Shown piece after piece: positions 1-9,842 of a stretch of 64,000 nt of DNA. The position numbers and the translations under genes were made by a program. The notes beneath the pieces were generated by a model. It was given only the letters and a program-made list of their open reading frames with translations. It made no database searches and was not told where the DNA came from. Where the stretch lies: contig JAVLKG010000001.1 of assembly GCA_032128875.1 (NCBI GenBank), forward strand, positions 32,001-96,000, given 5' to 3'. Each line of letters opens with the position of its first letter. The first letter of the stretch is position 1. The stretch is from Candidatus Melainabacteria bacterium 17Bon1m. Lineage in GTDB: Bacteria; Cyanobacteriota; Vampirovibrionia; Obscuribacterales; Obscuribacteraceae.

Positions 1-1
1 A

Positions 2-385
2 ACCCGTACTGATGCAAGCGGCAAGGTGATTCAAAAACTCAATCCTGCTATTTCCGAAGAAAAGATCCAGGGCGGTCGCTATGTCTATGACGCTAACAAT
101 CAGCCTGTGCGTGTAGCTCGCCTGAGCGAAGGTGATGCGAATTGCGGCAAGGAAAACATCTCCAATCCGGGCAATCGCCGCACTGAATGTAACTGGCTCG
201 TCGATGACAGCTCTACCAAGATGACCTACTCGTACAACCAAACATACGACCGTGGAGATTTGCGTAGCGTCATTCGTGTGGGTGAAACACCGAAAGCGGT
301 TGTTCATCAAATTCCTGAGTACGACAAGCAAGGCAATTTGATTGGCGTGACCACAAGCATCAGACCGGTAATCGTTAAAAAATAG
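2..385 (+). CDS. Hypothetical protein, probably the 3' part of a gene entering from the left edge
   Basis: The frame of ORF 26..385 is open back to position 2; no recognisable domain. Confidence 0.6.
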   Translation, partial: TRTDASGKVIQKLNPAISEEKIQGGRYVYDANNQPVRVARLSEGDANCGKENISNPGNRRTECNWLVDDSSTKMTYSYNQTYDRGDLRSVIRVGETPKAVVHQIPEYDKQGNLIGVTTSIRPVIVKK

Positions 386-440
386 CCGCGCCCTATGCGC
401 ATAAAATAGCCGCACATAGCATGGCAGGATACAGGTAATC

Positions 441-519
441 GGCGGAACGCGACCACTCGTTCCGCCAATTACTTTGCGAGCCAAGCAAACTGGCGAAACG
501 CGACCACTCGTCTCACCAA
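441..519. repeat. Two degenerate copies of a ~28-bp REP-like hairpin
   Basis: GGCGGAACGCGACCACTCGTTCCGCCAA (441-468) and GGCGAAACGCGACCACTCGTCTCACCAA (492-519), between convergent genes. Confidence 0.65.
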
Positions 520-679
520 CGACTTGGAAGAAATCCGTTTTAGTCGCGAGGCGTTCATCAGTGTATGTCCTGGCACCGCATTTTAAGTCGGTAGCGCCTC
601 TATCACCGCTCCGCTCGCGAACGATTTAATACTAGTGGTCCAATGTTGCCCGAAGGTTGCCAAATTTTGAGTCCTTTTC

Positions 680-3640
680 CTACGCGCGGTTGGGGAAGAA
701 GACTGTGAACGTTGCGCCATTGCCTGTTGAGGAAGTGACGGTAATACTTCCGCCGTGCGCTTCTACAAGCATTTTGCAAATGTGCAGCCCCAGCCCAGCC
801 CCCGCGATTGGGGCGGTTGTTGAGCCTGTGTGTTCAGAGTTGGAGTCATTATCCTGGCGAACCTTTTTTGTTGCTTGTTCGAATTTTTGGAATATCTTTG
901 CTTGATCCTGTTCGCAGATTCCCGGGCCTTGGTCTGCCACACTGAGTCTGACTCCCGAGCCTTCCCTGTTCGCGCTTAATATTACCTGGCTGCCGTTGGG
1001 TGAAAATTTGATGGCGTTGCTTACCAAATTGACCAGAATCTGAAGAACTCTTTCGCGGTCGCCATATGCTTTGAGGTCTGATGGTTCGTTCACCAGTTTT
1101 ATCGATTTAAGGTCGGCGAGCAATTGCAAGGCAGTAATGGTCGAGGAGAAGACATCATTTACCGCAAACTCTGAAGCGTTTAACCGAAGTGAATTCTTGT
1201 CCAGCATCTCAATATTGGTGAGGTCATCGACAAGCGCACCGAGGCGGCTGAGTTCTGTCACTGCGTTGCGAATGTTGGTAGCGGCTTTGTCCGGCAGAGG
1301 TTGGTCGGAAGTTTCAAGGACTTTCGCTATTTCCTCACTTGTTTCCAAAATAGGATTCTTCAATTCTTCGCGCAGCAGCGAGAGAAGTTCCAGCCTTTGA
1401 TTTTCCAGCATCCTCAGCTCGAGCGCTGAATCGTAAATGTATTTGTCGAGCAATGCAATTTCATCTGTACCTCTCTCAGGAGCTTGAAGCGGTTCGGCGC
1501 TGTTTAATCGCTTTGCGTTGCCGATTGCGTTGTATAAATGCATTGTCAGTAGACGGCTTAGCAGTCTGTTTGCGAAGACTGTGCTTACAGTCACCATCAG
1601 AATTCCAAGCAACAAGATTGTAATCGCTTTCTTGCGATCGCGTAATTCTGAAGAGCGGTCATCTAAGAGCAATTTCTCTCGCTCACGAACGAGCCGTGTC
1701 CGGTAGAAATACATCTCTTCCGGCAGGCCCTGTCCTATTGACGGTAAGGCATTGAATCTGTCCTTTAACTCGTGTGATTCTGAAGTGAGAAAGCCCTGCT
1801 CAGTTGTTTGAATGTCTTTCATTTGCTTTTGCAAACGTTTGAGCATTTCTTTCTCTTCTTGGTCAGAACCTTGCTCAAATATTGCGGCCAGCTTATTCAA
1901 GCTGGCTTGGGTGGCTGCAACATATTGCAGCCTGCGCACAGCAAACTCCGCGCTTCTGGTCATGTTGAACATCATGGTGCAAATGCCGGAATACATGTGT
2001 CCGGCGTGAATGTTGTTGAGGTATTGAAGAATTTGATATGAGCGATATTCTCTTTGAATTTCGTTTTGCGAACTGTCAATCATTTGGCTGAGCATCCATA
2101 GCATGGTGCAGCAGATGATTGCAGGCACGATAATCAACGCAAGACCTGCTTCTGCGATTCTGGAGCGTTTTACCGAGAATTCCGTGTTAACAGGGCTCGC
2201 AGGATTTGCTGGATTCAGACGATTCACATGATTTGCAGAACCATTACTTTCACCAGTTGATTTTGGCGTTTGACCGCCTGCTGGTGCTGTTTGCTTGGGA
2301 AAAATCAGAGTTGTCTGTTCTGTCTCTGCACCAATAGCAATACCGCATTTTTCAGCCAGAGTTGCTGCCAGAGAGGCTTTAATTCCTTCGTGGTATGCGC
2401 CTCCCTTGTGTAATGCAGGTGCAATAGTCACGGCAAGCTGATCGTATTTGTCAGTCGTGAATGCTATTGTGCTTTTCTCTTGAAGCGACAAGCATGCGAT
2501 TATGCGCGCTGCAAATTCCAGATCTGAGCAAAACTCCAAGTCCAAGTCGTCATTGGAGAAGTGTAGCGAGTCTGGCTTCAACTGTCTTTTTTCTTGCAGC
2601 AGCTCTATCAATTCTGCAAGACTGTATCTATCGAAGTGGAGATTGAGCTTGTCGGCTTTCGCGCGCTCGAGGTCCAAAACATCATTTACGAGAGTAGCCA
2701 GGTCCTTGCATTTTTCTACTGGTCGGGCGAGTATAGCATTTGCTTTATCGCTGATTTGACCATATGCGCCATCTCTCGCGAGCGTGAGAATACCGCCGAT
2801 TGATGTTAGGGGGGCGCGCAGATCGTGGCTTACCGCTTGGATCAAATCTTCCTTGAAGTTGCGCAGGCTGAACAGTTTTTCTGCTGAAACTGCAATAGCT
2901 TGATCTAGCTCGCTAAGCTCATCTTCGCCACCTAAAAGTGAATGAGGCTTTTGGCCTGATTTTACCTGGTTGACGTGAGCGTAAATTTTGGTTAGGCGAA
3001 AGAGCAAAACCCGCGAACCCCAGAGTGCTGTCAATCCAGTCAATGCAACGCAGATTGCGAAAAATAGAGAAATGAGTTTTCTTATCTTCACGGAATGGCC
3101 GGAGAATGATTCTTGCGTTACGGGCTCAGTGCGCAACTTCTCAAAGCAGGTACCCATAGGATTTAGCCACTGATTGACCGACACATAGATTTGGGCTTTT
3201 AGAATCGGATTGAGTTCGTTGTTGAAATAACTAACAGCATCTTTTCGCATCAGCAAATAAACGCCGTGGTTGCACTGGTCGATTCTTCTCAGCAGTAGCT
3301 CTGTATCACGGGCATACTCCGGATGATTGCGCGTGAGCTCTGTCAGCGCCTGTTTCTTTTGAAACACTTGCTGCATAGACCAGTTGTACCGCTGTGATAG
3401 CTCTGGGCGCTTTGTGATGCTGTAGAAAAACGAAGTGTAAGCGCTCTCGATATGCACGCGCTGCAGGTCGTCGAGAACAGCTAGAATCCGCCGTCTGTAC
3501 ACGAGGTCGGCGAGGTTGTTGTTGACTTTACTAACTTCTCGGTAGAGAAATGCACTTATGCCGATTTGGAAAACCAGAGGCGCTACGATCAGAATCAGGA
3601 GTTGGTCGCGAATCTTTAGTTTTGGAAGCTTTAGATTCAC
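680..3640 (-). CDS. Membrane sensor histidine kinase with an internally duplicated sensor-HAMP-HisKA-HATPase architecture
   Basis: H-box VSHDLRAPL; C-terminal HATPase NLVSNAIKFS/DQGPGI/GAGLGL; four TM segments. GTG at 3640, just after the response regulator stop, is preferred over the overlapping TTG at 3691. Confidence 0.85.
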   Translation of the reverse strand: MNLKLPKLKIRDQLLILIVAPLVFQIGISAFLYREVSKVNNNLADLVYRRRILAVLDDLQRVHIESAYTSFFYSITKRPELSQRYNWSMQQVFQKKQALTELTRNHPEYARDTELLLRRIDQCNHGVYLLMRKDAVSYFNNELNPILKAQIYVSVNQWLNPMGTCFEKLRTEPVTQESFSGHSVKIRKLISLFFAICVALTGLTALWGSRVLLFRLTKIYAHVNQVKSGQKPHSLLGGEDELSELDQAIAVSAEKLFSLRNFKEDLIQAVSHDLRAPLTSIGGILTLARDGAYGQISDKANAILARPVEKCKDLATLVNDVLDLERAKADKLNLHFDRYSLAELIELLQEKRQLKPDSLHFSNDDLDLEFCSDLEFAARIIACLSLQEKSTIAFTTDKYDQLAVTIAPALHKGGAYHEGIKASLAATLAEKCGIAIGAETEQTTLIFPKQTAPAGGQTPKSTGESNGSANHVNRLNPANPASPVNTEFSVKRSRIAEAGLALIIVPAIICCTMLWMLSQMIDSSQNEIQREYRSYQILQYLNNIHAGHMYSGICTMMFNMTRSAEFAVRRLQYVAATQASLNKLAAIFEQGSDQEEKEMLKRLQKQMKDIQTTEQGFLTSESHELKDRFNALPSIGQGLPEEMYFYRTRLVREREKLLLDDRSSELRDRKKAITILLLGILMVTVSTVFANRLLSRLLTMHLYNAIGNAKRLNSAEPLQAPERGTDEIALLDKYIYDSALELRMLENQRLELLSLLREELKNPILETSEEIAKVLETSDQPLPDKAATNIRNAVTELSRLGALVDDLTNIEMLDKNSLRLNASEFAVNDVFSSTITALQLLADLKSIKLVNEPSDLKAYGDRERVLQILVNLVSNAIKFSPNGSQVILSANREGSGVRLSVADQGPGICEQDQAKIFQKFEQATKKVRQDNDSNSEHTGSTTAPIAGAGLGLHICKMLVEAHGGSITVTSSTGNGATFTVFFPNRA

Positions 3641-3644
3641 TACG

Positions 3645-4322
3645 CTAGCTCTTGCTATTGATCCGATAACCCAAGCCTTTGGATGTTTCAATGAAAGATG
3701 CCTGACCTTCGACGTCCATTTTTCTTCGCATTTTGGTAATGCAACTGCGCAGTGCTACTTCCGTTGCTTCTGAATCAGTGTCCCAAACACGCGCCATCAG
3801 TGCTTCTGCTGTGAAATAGGTGTCTGGGTGACGCATGAGAAATTCGAGCAGAGCGAGTTCGCGTGGTTGCAACCTTACAAGAGAATCGCCGCGTTTCACC
3901 ACACCGGAATTGGTATCAAGCTGCATTCCCGCGATGTTTAAAACATCATTTGTCATTTGCTGTGGGCGTTTCAACAAAGCCTTCACGCGAATAACCAACT
4001 CTCGGACATCGAATGGCTTTGTCAAATAATCATCGGCACCGACTGCAAAACCTTTTTCCTTGTCGTCCATAGATGCGCGAGCAGTCAGGAAAAGGACTGG
4101 AGCCTGTTCGCCCTGATTACGAAAGTGTCCGCAAAGTTCGATGCCTGACTTGTGCGGAAGCTCCCAGTCGAGCACCAGCAATTCATAGCTGCCTGCGTCG
4201 ATGAAAGCCATACCGCTGCGACCGTCTTCGCACTCGTCGACAACGTGACGTTCAGCCTGCAGCGTGTCTTTCACCAGCTGTCGCAACATCGGGTCATCTT
4301 CGACTATAAGTATCTTAGCCAT
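3645..4322 (-). CDS. OmpR/PhoB-family DNA-binding response regulator
   Basis: ILIVEDD, LDWELP, GADDYLTKPF, and a winged-helix end IETSKGLGYR. Confidence 0.95.
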   Translation of the reverse strand: MAKILIVEDDPMLRQLVKDTLQAERHVVDECEDGRSGMAFIDAGSYELLVLDWELPHKSGIELCGHFRNQGEQAPVLFLTARASMDDKEKGFAVGADDYLTKPFDVRELVIRVKALLKRPQQMTNDVLNIAGMQLDTNSGVVKRGDSLVRLQPRELALLEFLMRHPDTYFTAEALMARVWDTDSEATEVALRSCITKMRRKMDVEGQASFIETSKGLGYRINSKS

Positions 4323-4396
4323 AAAGTATGTTTAGCACAGATTTATACTCTGATTAGTGAAAGTTTTCGTGTTTCTAACTATGCAATTTCTCTACC

Positions 4397-6412
4397 CTAA
4401 TGAGACCGCTTAACTTCGGTTAGCGGCCAGATCTCACACATTTCTTTTTCGAGCTCCGGCGTGATTTCTTCAGGAAATTCCGGTCGATATCGGAGGTTCA
4501 TAGTTTTCAGCACATCAATCGCGTCTCTGACGGTGACTCCGCATTTGTCCACAGCGATGGACTGAAGGTTTTTTAGAGGAGTCAAGTAAGCCAGTCCTTT
4601 CTTGGTGATTTTGAGGTTGTAGCCAATATTGAGTTCTTGCAGATTAGGCATCGTTGCTAGATCTTTAAGGTCTTCATCACACACATCCGAGCCTGTAAGC
4701 GATAGAAAGTGCATTGACCTCGAACCTTTGAGCGCTTTGATTATTTTGCCGCCTTCTCTCAAGTGACAAGCCCTCAAGAACTCTAGATGCTTGATGCAAT
4801 CCATGTTGTTGAGACCTTTCCATGTGACATCTGTTCCGTCGATATTCAAAGACTTGAGAGGCAGCGTCTTGATGTAGCCGAGTCCGGTGTCAGTGATTTT
4901 GCAATTTTTGATGCCCAGTCCTTTGAGCTTTTTGAGGTGGCTGACATACACCATCTCATCGTCTGAGAGCGGCGCTTGCGCTGTGATTTTGTATGCGTAC
5001 CCTGCGTCGGTCAAACTGGCATCTTTGAAGTCTAATATCGCGATGTCGTCCTCCGCGAAGTTGTTCATGAATTGTGGGTGTGAAAGAAAAAGAGAGTTAG
5101 GGACAAACTGCAATTCCCTGTCAGCCGAGATCGTAACTAGCCCTCTGGCATCTTTAGTCACGCGCTGCCCTTGTGCGGTGAAAACAATTCGCCCAATTGA
5201 GAAACTCTCGGGAAAGTTGAATATGCGAAACTTTCCGTCTTGCGAAATTTTTGACCAGGGCAATCTCGGTAAATCCGGTGCATGTTCAATTGGCTTTTGG
5301 GATTGCATTTGGTTGTAGCAAACTATTGCAAGCATGCCTAAAACACCGGTGAAAAGAACGCATGCTGCGATGAGAAGATACTTTGTTTGCGGATTTGTTT
5401 GTCTTTTTTCCGGCACCACGACAGCTTTGTTGAGAATGGCGGTGCCTGTTAAACCCTTTTGAACACCAATTAGAATTTGCGCGACATCGAGCAAGCTTTG
5501 AATGCGTTTGTCCGGATCTTTTTCCAGCATGTTTGCAACGAGGCTTTCGACTTCATCCGGAAACTCTCTTCCCATCGAAGCTTCTTTCAGTGTGAGCGGC
5601 ATCTCGCTTTGATGTTTCATTATCGTCGCGATGGATGTTTCACCAGAAAAAGGTGGAGCACCCGTCAACACCTCGAACATCACACAACCCATAGAATAAA
5701 TATCCGAGCGATGATCGACTGTTTTGCCAAGGCATTGCTCTGGGCTCATGTAGAAAGGGCTGCCAAAGATTTCTCCGGTGCGTGTCAGCGAATCTGTTTC
5801 GTTGAGTCCGCGGTGCAAAAGTTTTGCAATCCCGAAATCGAGAACCTTCACATGTTCGTTTTCAGAATCGATGCCCGGTGTTGTTAGCATGATGTTGGAC
5901 GGCTTAATATCGCGATGAACGATATTGTGATTGTGTGCGTATCCCAGCGCGAAGCACAGCTCGACGAAGATCTTGATTGCCACATCGAGTGGCATGACGC
6001 CGGCTGTTTTCAAAACTGACGACAGCGTTCTACCTTGGACAAAATCCATTACCAGAAATGGTTTTACATTGTCGATAAAACCGAAGTCCCGGACCTTCAC
6101 CAATCCAGGATGGTCGAGTTTTGCCAGTAATTTCGCTTCAGCGTGAAAACGCTTGATTGATGATTCTGAAAACTCCGTGCCGGCAAGAGTTTTGAGCGCC
6201 ATCTGTCTGTTGAGCAAGACTTGCTCTACTTTGTAGACAACTCCCATGCCGCCTTCGCCAATGCTGTCGACCAGGCGGTATTTGCCTTCAACCATTGTGC
6301 CGATTGATAGCGATGAGCCAGGCATTTTGCCAAACGGATTCGAAGCGTCAAGTGTGCGCTCGTCGCTTGTCTCGCCTTCCCAGCTTTTGTTCGTCTCGTC
6401 GTTTGGCGGCAT
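4397..6412 (-). CDS. Hanks-type Ser/Thr protein kinase with a TM helix and extracytoplasmic leucine-rich repeats
   Basis: GEGGMGVV, HRDIKPSN, DFG, GSPFYMSPE; hydrophobic segment YLLIAACVLFTGVLGMLAIVCY; LxxLxLxxxxIT repeats. Confidence 0.93.
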   Translation of the reverse strand: MPPNDETNKSWEGETSDERTLDASNPFGKMPGSSLSIGTMVEGKYRLVDSIGEGGMGVVYKVEQVLLNRQMALKTLAGTEFSESSIKRFHAEAKLLAKLDHPGLVKVRDFGFIDNVKPFLVMDFVQGRTLSSVLKTAGVMPLDVAIKIFVELCFALGYAHNHNIVHRDIKPSNIMLTTPGIDSENEHVKVLDFGIAKLLHRGLNETDSLTRTGEIFGSPFYMSPEQCLGKTVDHRSDIYSMGCVMFEVLTGAPPFSGETSIATIMKHQSEMPLTLKEASMGREFPDEVESLVANMLEKDPDKRIQSLLDVAQILIGVQKGLTGTAILNKAVVVPEKRQTNPQTKYLLIAACVLFTGVLGMLAIVCYNQMQSQKPIEHAPDLPRLPWSKISQDGKFRIFNFPESFSIGRIVFTAQGQRVTKDARGLVTISADRELQFVPNSLFLSHPQFMNNFAEDDIAILDFKDASLTDAGYAYKITAQAPLSDDEMVYVSHLKKLKGLGIKNCKITDTGLGYIKTLPLKSLNIDGTDVTWKGLNNMDCIKHLEFLRACHLREGGKIIKALKGSRSMHFLSLTGSDVCDEDLKDLATMPNLQELNIGYNLKITKKGLAYLTPLKNLQSIAVDKCGVTVRDAIDVLKTMNLRYRPEFPEEITPELEKEMCEIWPLTEVKRSH

Positions 6413-6553
6413 AGTGCTCCGCGGTGAGATTCCAGCCTTTCTGAAAGCCAGGCTTCGAACAGATTCTTTATACCCGCCTGTAGCCTATTTACGCCCCTTA
6501 ACTGTTGTATGGTACGTTACTTAGAAGTACTGGCTTAGAAGACCGGGGCCGGA

Positions 6554-7510
6554 ATGAAGCTGATAAATAAAGCCGAAACTGCATTTTTGGTCGCGTTGCC
6601 GCTTGCTTTCATATGGGTTTTGTTTTTTGTGACCCTGCCCGCATCAGCCGGCGATAAACCAGTGGTTTTGAACTTTCCCAAGCCTGCCATTGGGCGATAT
6701 TGCATTATTCGAACTGCGAGAGATCCTATGGACGACACTATAGTTCGCCGGGACGATTGGGCGACCGGACGAATTACTGTGCCGCCAGGTTGCTTGATGA
6801 GTCTGACGCTAAACTACAACGGCGGGCAAAATACAAAATTTCTCCGCACCCTGCCTCCTGGCACTCTGCGCGGTTTGGTATGTCGAGATTTGGAAATTGA
6901 TGACAAAGCAATTGCGGACATGTGCACTCAAAAAGGCCTTGTGATACTCAATTTGCAGGGCGTGGACCTTACAGACCAAGGCGCAAAGCATCTCAGTCCG
7001 TTGAAAGAGCTGCGGAAGCTGAGCCTTTGCGACACGCTGGTAAGTCCGAAGGGCCTTGCGGTGCTGCGCAACATGCCCTTGTTGCACAACCTGAACCTCT
7101 CGCGCCTGGCACTGGGCGAAGCTGTGGATAAACCCTTAGAGCCGTTGAAAAACCTCTTCTTGCTTGAGTTGACAGGGACACAGTTGACGGACAAAGCTGT
7201 GATTGAGCTGCCTTTCTTTCCGAAGTTGCAATCTCTTGTTCTTCGCCGCAATAACTTGACGGATAAGTGCATTGATTCCTTGCGCAAGTACAAAACATTG
7301 CGCTCGCTGGATCTCACCGATACCAATGTGACAATTGAAGGATTGAAGCGATTGAAAGCCTTACCGAAATTGCGTGACGTTACTGTTCGAATGAGAGATA
7401 TTAAGACTGCAGACAGAGCTCAGTTGAAGAAATTGATGCCGCGTGTGGAGATTCACGATGGTTCGCGCGAGCAGGTCGTTCCGACCGAAATATTTGCCCC
7501 ACTGCACTGA
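6554..7510 (+). CDS. Secreted or anchored leucine-rich repeat protein
   Basis: N-terminal signal ending ASA; about 6 repeats such as LRKLSLCDTLVS and LRSLDLTDTNVT. Confidence 0.85.
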   Translation: MKLINKAETAFLVALPLAFIWVLFFVTLPASAGDKPVVLNFPKPAIGRYCIIRTARDPMDDTIVRRDDWATGRITVPPGCLMSLTLNYNGGQNTKFLRTLPPGTLRGLVCRDLEIDDKAIADMCTQKGLVILNLQGVDLTDQGAKHLSPLKELRKLSLCDTLVSPKGLAVLRNMPLLHNLNLSRLALGEAVDKPLEPLKNLFLLELTGTQLTDKAVIELPFFPKLQSLVLRRNNLTDKCIDSLRKYKTLRSLDLTDTNVTIEGLKRLKALPKLRDVTVRMRDIKTADRAQLKKLMPRVEIHDGSREQVVPTEIFAPLH

Positions 7511-7591
7511 GCTGTTGAACTAGAAAGAGAGTTGTAAATGTGCAACAATCATCGCTGGTTTGAGCGTTGGTGGCTATTGCCAAAGGAAGCT

Positions 7592-8539
7592 ATGAGAATA
7601 AATTTGCTGAGCTCGTGCTTGATTTCACACGCTCTTTCTTGTTCCCTCGTTTACGCAAAAGATGCTGCTCCAGCAGAAGCAATAGGCACCGTGAATGGTG
7701 TCAAGATAAAGATGCAACCGCAATTTCAAGAGGTTAACGATAAGTTTCGCGAGCTGTACTCCGAAACCCGCACACGGACAATAAAGAAGTCTCAGCCGAT
7801 TATCGTAGCCGTCAATGATGTGCTTAGTTTGCACGATGGTTCGACCAAAGAAACCACGCAAATAATTTCGGAGAAGTACACACTTCTGAAATCGGTAGAC
7901 CACATTGTGCTGGCTACTTTTGTTGCGCTGGAGCTTGACGCGGATCAGATTCTCAGTGAAGTGAAAGTAAAACAGATTCAGGAATTGAAGAGGCTTTCCG
8001 AGAAAGCGTCGGCATCTTTGGATGCAACCGGACTCAAAGGCGATTTGCTAGAACGGCAGAAGCAGTTGATCAATATGTCTCTCAAGTTTCAGAGTACAGT
8101 GATTGCAGAGCGGCGTGTTACTGCTGATGCATTGACCTCTTTCTGTCGCGACAGCGAGAAGATGGTTATGCAGAATGTTGATGATGCTGTAGCCGACCAA
8201 TTGCTTGCAATTGATACTCAGGTGCGGCAATGGCGAAAACAGCTAGGAGCTGAGCGCTGGGAAGGGTTGAATGTTGTGGTTGTGAGCGGACATATGCCGC
8301 GCGAGCGCAATACCACCATGCAGTATTTTGGAAAATTGTTGAAGGTAAAACGAGAGGGCGCGCGCCTCTATTACTGCGAAGGTCTATCAGAAGAGTCTGA
8401 CGGGTTAAACCTTGTTGGCACGCATATTCTCGACAGGAAAATTGCGGTCGCGTTTTTCAAAGATGAATGGCGTATGCACCGTGATTTGCTCAGTGACGGC
8501 GCAGCGAAATACTTGAGTAAGCACCCACCGCTGAAATAG
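7592..8539 (+). CDS. Hypothetical exported protein
   Basis: ATG at 7592 preceded by AAGGAAG; signal-peptide-like N-terminus; long helical ORF. Confidence 0.7.
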   Translation: MRINLLSSCLISHALSCSLVYAKDAAPAEAIGTVNGVKIKMQPQFQEVNDKFRELYSETRTRTIKKSQPIIVAVNDVLSLHDGSTKETTQIISEKYTLLKSVDHIVLATFVALELDADQILSEVKVKQIQELKRLSEKASASLDATGLKGDLLERQKQLINMSLKFQSTVIAERRVTADALTSFCRDSEKMVMQNVDDAVADQLLAIDTQVRQWRKQLGAERWEGLNVVVVSGHMPRERNTTMQYFGKLLKVKREGARLYYCEGLSEESDGLNLVGTHILDRKIAVAFFKDEWRMHRDLLSDGAAKYLSKHPPLK

Positions 8540-8628
8540 TTCAAGGGCGAAGTAATTCTGTAAGCCACCTGCTTAGTTTAGCTATGAAATTTTCTCTGAA
8601 ACTTAGCTATGCAATTTAGCTTTGTAAA

Positions 8629-9696
8629 TTAGCGGCCTCTGAATCCGCCGCGTCTGCCGCTTCGACCTTCGGCTCCGCCGAGGCGCCCGCCGCCGTTATT
8701 TGCGCCGCCGAAACGTCCACCACCTTCGTTTCCGCCACCAAAACGACCGCCATTGGCGCCCTGGTTAAGCGCCGCACCCTGGTCGTTTCCATCGCGGTTT
8801 CCGAACCTTCCGCCCAAACGTCCGCCGCTATCTCCGTCATTGCCCTGACCGCCCTCTGCGCCGCGACCAAATCTGCCGCCGGTGCGTCCGCCGCCTTCTG
8901 CCTGCTCGCTGCCTTCGCGATTACGCATACCATTCATACCGTTTGCAGCTGCTGCGTCCTGCGCATTGTTTGCGCGCTGCCCATTCGCTTGATTAGCCCA
9001 TTGATTGCGGTTTTCCCAGTTGCCTTGCTGATTCCACTGGTTCATTACGGCAGCATTTTTTTCGCTGTTGTTGACATAAACTTGATTGCCACCGGCGTTT
9101 ACATAGTAGGGCTTGTTGTTTGTGGCATTGCGATACATCGGAACCCCGTAAGGCACTCCGTGATAGTAGTCATTGTTGTTGTACATAGAATTCGAAATTG
9201 CCGCGCCGGCCATTGCTCCTCCGGCAGCTGCCAGTCCTGTCCCCACCATTCCCATACCGCTGCTACTTCCTGAATTTCCAGAACCCGAGTAGTAGTTGTT
9301 GACTTGCTGCGGCTGCGATTGCTGCTGTTGTTGCGGCTGCTGCTGAGCCCCATGTGACCCGTAGAGGCGGTTGAGGTAGCCTTGCAATTGTGCCGCGGTT
9401 ACTTCCACTGGTTGGTTGTTGCGGTCGGTGTACCAGTAATTGCTGGCTTGGTCGCGATAGATGGCAACTTGTTGTGTGCCGGGCGGAAGTCCAGCTCCGG
9501 GCAACGGCAGCTTCGGACCAGCTTTTGTCTGGACGTATTGCTGACCCGAGCTGTCTGTGACGACCTGGTAGAGAGTCATGCTGGTCTGCCCTACCGGTTG
9601 CGCATCTTGCTGCGCCATAACATCGACGGCGAATGTCAGAGACAGTGTGACTGCAAGACTGATTGCCAGAACGGTGGATTTTGTAATTCTTTGCAT
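8629..9696 (-). CDS. Exported low-complexity protein, Gln/Asn/Tyr-rich in the middle with a Gly/Arg-rich tail
   Basis: Signal peptide ending VMA-Q; poly-Q stretch; repeated GGRFGG. Confidence 0.75.
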   Translation of the reverse strand: MQRITKSTVLAISLAVTLSLTFAVDVMAQQDAQPVGQTSMTLYQVVTDSSGQQYVQTKAGPKLPLPGAGLPPGTQQVAIYRDQASNYWYTDRNNQPVEVTAAQLQGYLNRLYGSHGAQQQPQQQQQSQPQQVNNYYSGSGNSGSSSGMGMVGTGLAAAGGAMAGAAISNSMYNNNDYYHGVPYGVPMYRNATNNKPYYVNAGGNQVYVNNSEKNAAVMNQWNQQGNWENRNQWANQANGQRANNAQDAAAANGMNGMRNREGSEQAEGGGRTGGRFGRGAEGGQGNDGDSGGRLGGRFGNRDGNDQGAALNQGANGGRFGGGNEGGGRFGGANNGGGRLGGAEGRSGRRGGFRGR

Positions 9697-9842
9697 GGCT
9701 TTCTCTTTTGTGTAGTGACGTCGGTGAGCGTTTTCCTTTGTCGCCAGACGGCGATAGCTGCGATCACGTAGATCTTATCGATCGGATCGCTGAAAGGAAG
9801 TCCCCAGTTGCGCCATTATATCGCAAAAGTCTCGGCTCTTTG

